64,000 nt of DNA from Flavobacteriales bacterium. Its GTDB lineage: Bacteria > Bacteroidota > Bacteroidia > NS11-12g > UBA955. The stretch lies in assembly GCA_947463435.1 (NCBI GenBank), contig CANHTS010000001.1, positions 3,700-67,699 of the forward strand. The letters are read 5' to 3'. Positions 9,881 to 19,900 of this stretch are shown in pieces. The translations under genes and the position numbers were made by a program. The notes beneath the pieces are model-generated. The model was not told where the DNA came from, did no database searches, and saw nothing but the letters and a program-made list of their open reading frames with translations. Numbering within the stretch: position 1 is the stretch's first letter; each line of letters starts with the position of its first letter.

Positions 9881-10911
9881 AACTTACTTACCGCAGCGAA
9901 AGCCTGCAATTCCTGAAACCGGCAGCCACGAGCAAGGGCGCTTATCTGACGCGCGAATTGTACTTGCTCGAACTGCAATTGGCCGACGGCCGGAGCTACC
10001 GGGCCGAATGTGCGCCGCTGCCCCATCTGAGCTGCGACGACATGGCAGCCCTGCCGGCGGCGCTCGACGAATGGTGCCGGCATCCGGAGCGCATCGCAGC
10101 AGCTGCCTTCGAAATCGAAACAGAACAATCCCGCTTCCCGGCGTTGGCCTTTGCGCTCGAAAGCCTGCGCCGGCAATGGCTCAGCGGCATTCCCAGACTG
10201 TTGTGGGACAATGCCTTTACCCGTGGCGAAGCCTGCATCCCCATTAACGGATTGGTTTGGATGGATGACGCCGAAGCGATGCTGGCCGCTGCCATGGAAA
10301 AGGCGGCCCAAGGATTCCGTTGCATCAAGTTCAAGGTAGGCGCATTGGATTTCGACGCCGAGTGCAGGCTTCTCGAAACGGTGCGCGCCGCCTATGGTCC
10401 GGATCGTCTCGAGCTGCGGGTGGATGCCAACGGCGCTTTCCGTTCAGACGAAGTGGCTGAAAAGCTGCGCACCCTGGCGCGTTTTCATTTGCACAGCATC
10501 GAGCAGCCGCTGTCTCCGTTGGATACGGAAGGCTTGGAACGCTTGTGCCGGGAAAGTCCTTTGCCCGTTGCGCTCGACGAGAGTCTGATTGGTCTGAACC
10601 CTTTTGGGCCCGATGCCGCCAGGATACAGCGCATGGCTCCGGCCTACCTTGTATTAAAACCCGGCCTGCTCGGCGGATTTGCGCGATCGTCCGCCTGGGT
10701 CGCATTGGCCACCGAACACCTCCGCGGCTGGTGGGCTACTTCGGCCCTGGAAAGCAATATCGGTCTCAGCGCCATTGCGCAGTGGTGCGGCAATTACCCT
10801 GTGCAACAGCACCAGGGCCTCGGCACCGGACGGTTGTTCCACAGCAACTATCCCAGTCCGCTCCGGCTGGAAGGGGAGGAGTTGTGGTTTGATGGGGAGG
10901 GGAACGGCTGA
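9877..10911 (+). CDS. menC: o-succinylbenzoate synthase-like enolase-superfamily (MR/MLE) enzyme
   Basis: KFKVGALDFDAECRLLETVRAAYGPDRLELRVDANGAF and LHSIEQPL are MR/MLE signatures; GTG at 9877 overlaps the menA stop (GTGA); an alternative GTG at 9850 gives a 31-nt overlap. Confidence 0.65.
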   Translation: MKLTYRSESLQFLKPAATSKGAYLTRELYLLELQLADGRSYRAECAPLPHLSCDDMAALPAALDEWCRHPERIAAAAFEIETEQSRFPALAFALESLRRQWLSGIPRLLWDNAFTRGEACIPINGLVWMDDAEAMLAAAMEKAAQGFRCIKFKVGALDFDAECRLLETVRAAYGPDRLELRVDANGAFRSDEVAEKLRTLARFHLHSIEQPLSPLDTEGLERLCRESPLPVALDESLIGLNPFGPDAARIQRMAPAYLVLKPGLLGGFARSSAWVALATEHLRGWWATSALESNIGLSAIAQWCGNYPVQQHQGLGTGRLFHSNYPSPLRLEGEELWFDGEGNG

Positions 10912-10954
10912 TTAAGCTTGGTTGCCGGGGGAAACGCAATCACACCCGCAACCT

Positions 10955-13900
10955 TTATCGTATCAGCATCACATCGGTCGAAACACGGTCGGTGAAGATT
11001 TCGCGGTTCTCGTTGCAGACCGTGCTGTAGTCCACCACGATCACGTACACGTCGGTAGGCTGCAAAATGCCGTTGATCTTACCGTCCCAGATGCCCTTGG
11101 TGATGTCGCCGGTATTGGGTCCGCGCCATTCGTAGCGTTTGCCGCCCCAGCGGTCGTAAACCGTGAGCTTGTAGTTCAGAACGGTAGAAGTCATAACCGG
11201 CCGGTACACAGGGTTCAGGAAGTCGTTGTTGGGCGTGAAGGCCGTCGGCATCCAGATGCGCGGCTTGTCTTGCACTTCAAGGAAACGCTCTTCGAAATGT
11301 TCGCAACCCTTGTCTGTCACACGCGTGTGCTTGAGGCGATAGGTTCCGTCCTTGTCGAAGGTGTAGGTAAACTTACGTTCTTTGCTGACAGGTATGAAGT
11401 TTAGTTCCCAACTCATATCGTCCTTTTCCTGTGAGTTGGCATAAAACTCCACGGGTTCTTCGGTTATGATTTCACTGCAGCGCTTGATGAAATTGAACGT
11501 TGCATCGGGCAGGCGGTTCACGGTAATCGGCATGCTGGCAGAGTCCACACAACCCTCGGGCGATTCGGCGATGGCCGTGTACACCCCCTGCAATCCGGGA
11601 TGCATTTTCTTCACCACATACTGCGAGAGGCGTTGGTCGCGCACATCGAGTCCAGGGCCACGCCAATGGAATTTCACTCCGTCGCTATTAAGCGACAATT
11701 CGAGGTCCTGGCCTTCGCAAACTTCCTTGGCTGTGTAATCGGTTATATTCACAAGGGGCTGCTTCCAGACGCGCAGATTCGTCTGGAAAGTGCCGGAGCA
11801 GTTGTGGATATCGGTTACGCGCAGCTGGTACAGCCCGGAGTCAATCCTGTTTACGCGGTTCAGTTGGATGGAAGGCGCATTGATCACCCGTCCTTGCGGT
11901 GTGATCCACTGATAGTTGGTGGCTCCTCTTGCCCGCATGACATAGATGCTGCCGGCACAGAGCATGGTATCAGGCGAAGCGAGGACGCTGTCGAGCCCGG
12001 TCTTCATCTTCCAGCGCGTAGTGGAGCTGCAACCGTTGCTCAGCCTTCCGGTAACGTAATAGATGCCGGTATCCGTGCGTTGGAAAGGTGTAAAAGGCAG
12101 TCGTTGCGCCACGCCCAAAGTATCCATTTTAGCGAAGTAAGGATTATAGCGAGTCCAGGTGTAGGATGACGCCCCAATACCACGCAATTCAGCATATTGT
12201 TCGTAGCAAACGGTTTCTGGTACGGACTGGATCGACACCAGGGGCAGCTTATTCACGAAAACATGCACCTCTAGACTGTCCAGACATCCACTGCGGTCCT
12301 GGCCTATGGCCTTGAACACCATGTCTTTTTTGTACCTCACGGAATCGAGTCGGAGCGGATTGACACCCCAGGCATAGCTGCGTTCCGGACCAATCCAGCG
12401 GTAGATGACGCCGTTGTTCATACCGGCCTGCAGGTTAAGGGTTCCGTATTCACAAATCTGGACGCTGTCGTTGCCAACAAAGATTGGATTTTTCGGCGGA
12501 TCGCTTAAGCTCAATACTGTATCTCCGCGACAACCCAATGCATCTATGGCTTCAACGCGATAGGTACCTGCAACCAGATTGGTCAGAAAGCTATCTGTCC
12601 TCAGGAACGGTGCGGTATACCAAACATATTTGTAACCTGCGTTTCCACCTTCCGCTGTAACCCAAAGCAGACCATTCTTGCCGCCATTGCAGGTTATATC
12701 CAATTTGCCCAATGCTTTAACACGAACCGGATCCGGTTGCTTGGGCTCAATGGTCGAGATCATGGTGTCGCGGCAATTGTTTCGGTCGACAACAATCAGT
12801 TTGTATTTACCCGCCGGAATGCCTTTGGCTACCCGATCGCTTGAAATGTTCCGGTTTGCCGCATCGCGCCAGAAATAGCGCACCGGCATTTGCCCGCCGA
12901 CAAAGTTGCCATAAAGTACAGCTGAGCTTTCTCCATGGCAGCGGGCATCGACAAAAGAATCAACCAAGGCCTGTAAACGGGTAGGCTGCGACACTACAAA
13001 ATTCAGATTCCTGGAGCAACCGTTGCTATCGGTCACGTTTACCGTGTGCCGTCCTGCTGGCAATTGCCTGCGGGTAGAATCGTTCGGAACAAAATTCCAG
13101 GCGTAGCGGTAGGGTTTAATACCACCGCCAGCGGTGAGTTGAACTTCCGCCATTCCCCCAAAGCAACTTACAGCTGCCAGATTTGTGGCTTTAAGGGTGA
13201 GCAGCTCAGGCTCACGAATTTCAAATGAATCGCGGATCGAACAGCCCAGCATGTCTTTGATCAAGAGCTTGTAGGGGCCTGCTGGAACACGGTACAATTC
13301 TTCTCCAAAATAAGATCTTCCGTTCGAAGTCCATTCAATGCGATAAGGTGGAACCCCTCCCAAGGCTTTTACATTGGCATTGGCTGAAGTTTCAGCGAAG
13401 CAACGAACATGGTTGATCAAGTTAATGGTATCCAGCATCCTTTCGGGCTGGGTGAGAGTGAAACTCTCATCGCTTTCGCAACCGTTGGCATCGATAATCT
13501 GTAAATGGTAATCGTTGGCGGGTACAGAGTCGAGAATATTGCTGCGAAGCCGTGAATTACCATTCCAAAGATAAGTGTAAGGAGCTTGCCCACCTGTGGC
13601 GGTAGCTTGCAATGCGCCCAGCATTCCAAAACACTGAACACCACGAAGAATGCGGATTACAGGCTTATCAGGGTTCTGCCACACATGCACGGACCGCGAT
13701 GTGGTGTCGTAACACCCATATGGTGAAGTAACAGTGAGTCTTACGGAATATGAACCTCGGATATTGTATGAATGTGAAGGACTATGAGCTCTTGAACTGC
13801 TGCTATCGCCAAACTCCCAATAACTGTCAGGGATTCCCCCACCACCATAGTAAATAGTGAGATTACTCATGTCGAAGCGATTGGTACTCAGACATTGTGC

Positions 13901-16900
13901 GCTGTCGTTGACAACGAAGTTGGCAACAGGATGCTCGTAAATCCGCACCCTTTGTGCTATCGCTGTGCTGCAGCCATAAGAATTGGTTACATGAAGAATA
14001 ACGGGCAGAAGGCCGGAAGTATCGTATTGATGGAAGGCATTCTTCAGGGTTGAGGTATCGCCATCACCAAACTCCCATAAGAAATTCAAACCACCGCCCA
14101 AGCCGGGGCTTACGCTGTTGTTGGTGAATTGGAACCAGTTATCCTTAAAGCACTGGTCGCTGTCGTTCATGCTGAAACCGGCGATCGGATTGGGTTTCAC
14201 GTGTACAATCACGGTGTCCGATGCCTCGCAACCGGTTGCTGCACGTGCGGTACCAATCACCATGAACTGGCCGCTGTCGGCGAACGATTTGCTGAATTCA
14301 AAACCGGTGGCGGCTGTTTTGTCGCTGAGCCGCCAGCGATGCATGAGATAGCTGTTACCGGTAATGCCGGAGCGAGACTTGAAATAGAACAGGTTATTAT
14401 TCTTGCAATCGCTGATGGTAGAATCCCATGTTTTAATCCAGGGTGCGGGATAGATGCTGATCATTCCGGTGGTTGAATCCATGCAGCCGCCGCTGGTGCG
14501 GGCAACCAGTTTCACGGTATACCTTCCAAAGCTGTCGTATCGCCACCTGGGAGAAGCAGACGTTGAAATACCGCCATCACCCAAATCCCATTTATAACTT
14601 ATCGAGCCATATTTTGTTACTGTGGTGTTGTTGAAAACTGCCACGCTTGTATTGCTGCAGGGATTTTGGAGTGCGAATCCTGCAATCGGAATATCAAAAA
14701 CCTGGATAGTTTCATAAGCAGTATCACGGCATCCGTCTTCCCCTACAACAATCAGTCTGACACGGTATCCACCCGGCTCGGCATATTGATGAACTATATC
14801 GGTATCGTTGCTCACGACGGCCTGCATCTTACCAGTTTTGCCAAGTGGTATACTGTCACCGGGCTCCCAATAAAATTTGAGCTTGTTTCCTAGAGGCCCG
14901 CGCGATTCATTCTTGAAGGTGAATATCTGCTTTACTCCGCATCCATTTCTGTTATTGACTGTAAACGCTGCCCTTAATCTCTCATAAGCTTCAACTGGTT
15001 TCTTGGCTATATCTACGCAACCTGAGTCAGAAGTAACCTTTAATCTGACATCATAGTAACCTGCAGTTCTGAAGCCCACAACGGTATCCAAACCCGACCA
15101 GTTGAAACCGCTTCCGAAGTCCCATTCATGTTTAATGCCTGTTCCGTATCCTTTGCCAGGGTTAAAGGTTACTGCCGATCTGAATTTAAGAAACAGGCTC
15201 AGACCGCAAACGGGTGCCACAGTGAAGTTAGCAACAGGCGAAGGTATAATATTCACTTGTTTACTTATACTGTCATTGCAACCTACCGCTTGTTGGGATA
15301 TAATTTTTATAGTGTACTTACCCGGATTTGCATACTTGTAGGTGGTATCAAATGCACTGAATCGTTTCCCATCGCCCATGTCCCATACATATTTCATTCC
15401 CGGGATCGGGCTGAACGATGTATTTTTAAGTTCTACGGCATGTGTATTGAAACACTGCCTTAATTTGTTAATGGTAAAGTCTGCACTCGGCTTCGCATAC
15501 ACAATCACTGAGGTTGTTTTGCTGTTTGCGCAACCATTTCTGTCGGTTACAGTAAGGGTAACGAACTTCCGTCCGAAGGAAGAATATACTACACGGTTGT
15601 TGGATTGTACTGTTCCAGTTCCCGGGCTGGCGTCTGTACCGAAGTTCCAAGACCAACTTCTCAATTGAGAACCAACAGCAGGTACGGATGCAGATGAAAA
15701 TACAAACTGGTTACCGGATAAGCATTGATCCGTATCATTTATTGTGAACCCGGCTCTTGGGTTTCCTTTTACGTGTACAAATTTAAAGAATGTATCCGAG
15801 CAGCCATTCTGATCATATGCAATTAAAGTTACACGCGGAGTTCCGATACTGCTATATTTTACAGTATCAGGTCTTAAAGAGTTTGAGGAGTCAGGATTAG
15901 CCCCATTACCGAAAAACCAACGTGCCTTATTGATATATGATCCAGTTAGCGGTGTTGACCGGTTTGAAAACACAAACCCATTCCCGTTTAAACACTGCGT
16001 ATCTTGATTCACACTCCAAGACGCTGTTGGATGTCTTAATAATGAAATGTTCTGATATACTGTATCCAGGCAACCTGCGTTGCTTTTGCTAATTAACCTA
16101 ACCCTGTATGTGCCTGTGCTTGAATAATAAACAGCATTTGGGTTCTTCAATGTAGACCCTGATCCATTGTTGAAGTCCCAAGTATTTGAAATTATACTGT
16201 CATTAACCACTGTGCTTAATCCGAAGAAATTGTATGCATGGCCCCAGAAACACTGTGCTGACTTATTCACGCCAATGACAGCCGATGGTTGGGCGTCTAT
16301 TGTAAGCGGCAATGAGAAAGTATCCTTACAACCAGCGCTATTGGTGGCTATAAGCGTCATGTTGTATTTCCCTGAAACGGTGTAAACCCTTCCACCATTT
16401 AAACCACTTGTCCGTGAGCTGCCATCGCCGTAATCCCACAAATAAGAGCTTGCACCGGTGCTCGAATTATTGCCTACGAAGAAATTTCCACGGCTGCATT
16501 GGCGGTTATTATTCAGTGTAAAAGCTGCTTTTGGCGACGCATTCACTACAACATTTCGGGAGATAGTATCGCGACATCCATCTTTTCCTATTGCAATCAG
16601 ACGAACAGTGTAGGTTCCTGTTGAGTTATACTGCTTGGACGGTTGAAAGGCAGTTGATCCGCTTCCATCCCCAAAACTCCATGTGTACGTGGAAGCACCG
16701 GCTGTGGTATTGGTGAAAATGAAGTTATGGCCACGTAGGCATTGATTGTTGTTATTGACACCGAAGTTCGCGTTGACACTGTTTATAACAACTGTATTCT
16801 TAATAGCAGTATCTGTGCAACCATTGCGATCTCTTGTTATTAATGTAATTCGTTTCGTTCCGGCAGATTTATAAGAAATGCTTGCAGGTACAGAAGATGT

Positions 16901-19900
16901 ATCCGTCGTTCTGCTGGCATCCGGACCGAATGCCCATCTATAGGATTCCATGACGCTACCGGCCACAGCAGTTGAGGACTTGCCGGTAAAATTGAAAGTG
17001 TTTCCGCGGAAACACAATGTATCAAAGTCAACATTCAACACAGCTTTTGGATGTTCTTTCACTTGAATAGTGCGTGTAATAGAATCGAAGCATTGGTTGG
17101 AAGTTCGTGTGATGAGTTTTACGGCATATGTTCCGGTACTGCTGTAACGCACGCCTGTCGGGTCTTTCGCCGTAGAACTGCTGCTATTGCCGAAACGCCA
17201 GGTGTATCCGTTGATGCTCCCTGATCCTACTGCGCTGGTATTGGTGAAGTTGAAGCTGTTCCCCCGCAAGCATTGATCCCCGTTCCAGTTGAAACCGGGT
17301 TTGGCCTGTGGATATACCTGCACGGTTTGCCATTGCGTATCGTTGCACCCCAGGTTGCTGCTTACAATCAGGCGCACGCGGTAAATGCCTGAATCGGGAT
17401 AAGAGAAACTGTCTCGCGCAGCACTCGAGAACAAGCCTCCGCCGAAACTCCACAGATGCGACTGGATGCTGCCGCCGGAGATGGTGGAAGTACTTCCAAA
17501 AACGAAATGGTTATTGTTCAGGCATTGCTTGTCGCGGTTTACAGTAAAGGATGCTGATGGATCGGGATTTACTGCTACACTGCGGCGGAGGGTATCCCGG
17601 CAACCAAACGAATTCGTAGCGACGAGTTGGATGGTAAAGTTTCCGGTTGAAGTATAACGTTTAACCGGCTGTGCCTGTGCCGAAGTGGTGGCATCGCCGA
17701 AGTTCCAGGCGTAGCTGAGGCTTCCGCTTCCGGCGCTGCTGGTATTGGTGCTGACGAAGCGGTTAGCGTCGAGGCATTGTGCGGAGGCGTTCAGGCTGAA
17801 TCCGGCTGTAGGTTCTGCATATACCACGATGTTCTGCGTGCTGCTGTCCAGGCAACCGAAGGAAGTGTTCACACGCAGGCGCACGGCATAGGTTCCGGAG
17901 CCGGCGTAGCGTTTCCCGAAGGGACCAACCCCACTGAAAGTGGAACCATCGCCCAGAGTCCAATTGCTTTGGGTAATGCTGCCATTGCCGGCTGCAAGAG
18001 TAGCAGTGGAACGCAGGCTTACGTAATTGGTATTTGCGCAGGAGCGCTGTGAATCGGACTGGATGGCAATGCTAGCCGGGAGGCGAACATTGAGGGCAAA
18101 GCCTGTATCGTAAGTACAACCACCTGCGTCCGTGAGGCGGAGATTGAAGGTTCCGGTGTAAGAAGCGGTAATTCCATTGATGATGAAATTGCTGTCCAAC
18201 CGGCTGAAAGAGGCAGGTCCCGACCAGCGATATTGGTATCCGCCGTAGGTATTCACTACCCGCGAGCGGACATCGAGTCTGGCTCCGCGGCAAATATTGG
18301 ATGGGGCGGTAATGGCAACCTGCAAGCGCGGCCGCACAATAAGCGGCACGGTCAGGGTGTCGCGGCAGCCCAGGGAATCGCGCACTGCCACGCGGTAAGT
18401 TCCCGACCTGGATGAATCTGCGTTGGGAATGAAAGGTGAGAAGGAGGAACTGCTGAAACCACGTGGACCTGACCAGGAGGCGCTCTGAGCGCGGAAAGGT
18501 CCGACTAGGCTCAGCCGGATGGTGTCGCGGTTGCAGATTGGCGAGTTGGACTCGGCGGTGAAGATCGGACGCACGCTGATCAGCATGGAATCCATTTCCA
18601 CACAGCCGCCGCTGTCCCGCACTTCAATGTAATACTTTCCGTCGGCATTGGCGTTGGCAGGGAATCGCTTCAAGATGAATCCGGTATCGCGGAAGTTCCG
18701 TGGGCCGCGCCAGGTGTATAACGCACCACCCGCCACCGAAGCTTCAAGTTTGATGGTGTCCCAGCGGCAGAAAACCGTTTTCAGGTTGTTCCAGCTTACT
18801 CCTTTGTCACTGAGGAATTTGTTTATCCGCAGATAGGAGGTATCCGAACATCCGTATTCGTTGAACACAACCAGCCGGTAGAGCCCGGTATCTGCCCAAC
18901 GCGCCTTGAACTTAGGAAACTGCACGGAAGAACTAAAGCTGTTCGGTCCGGTCCAGCTGATCTTGAACGAGGAAGGGAAAGCTTTGCTCCAGCTGTAAGC
19001 CCTGCCGGTGTAATTGTCTATAAACAGACTTGAGTCTAAAGCGGCAAACAGCGTAATTGTATCGTTGACGCAAGCAATCCCCTGTTTGGTGCGCAGGAAA
19101 CGCGGGCACACACTGAGCGCGGATGTAAATGCATCGGCAGTGCCTGCAAAAACGTTCTGAAAGCCGCTGCGGGAAATGCCGGTATCGGAGGCTGTTTCGC
19201 CGGTCAGAAATAGGTTTCCGCCTTTGCCTCTGGCAAAACCATGTGCGATTTCGTCTTTGTTACCGCCGTAATAGGTTCCCCATGAACGGCTGCCACCAGC
19301 ATTGAATTTCGCGAGGAATGCATCGCTTGCGCCGCGGCGGTTGGGATACAAGGAACCGGGCGTTGCAATGGCTCTTGCGGTTCCGTTGGGCGAAGTGGTA
19401 TTGCCGAGCAGGAAATAGTATCCGCTGCCGTCGCGCGTCACGGCGACACCTTGTTCGTCGTTATCGCCGCCGTAATACGTTCCCCAGCGCGGGGTGAGAG
19501 AAGTTGTAAGGGTGACAAGGAAGGCGTCGCTGGCGGTGGTCGAGGCGCCGCGGTTCAGGCTGCCCTGGTGACCGCCGGAGAGGAATCCCAGTCCGGTACT
19601 GGAAGTTGTACCTGCCACGGCCAGTCCGCTGCTGTCGGAAAAAAGGCTATTGACGGCATCGGTTCCGCCGCCACCGAAGTAGCGGTTGGCTAAGGCAGAT
19701 CCATCGGCTAGGAAACTGCTTACGAAACCATCGTAGCCACTGCCTATGCTGTTGATGCTATTGGGCAAGGAGCCGCTGCGGGTTCTTCCTCCCAGAAATA
19801 AGGTATCTCCCGCGTTGACGGCCAGTGCCAGGGCTTCGTCGTGCGCAGATCCGCCCCAGTAGGTTGAATACAAGCGTTTTCCTGCGGTGTCGAGCAAGAG

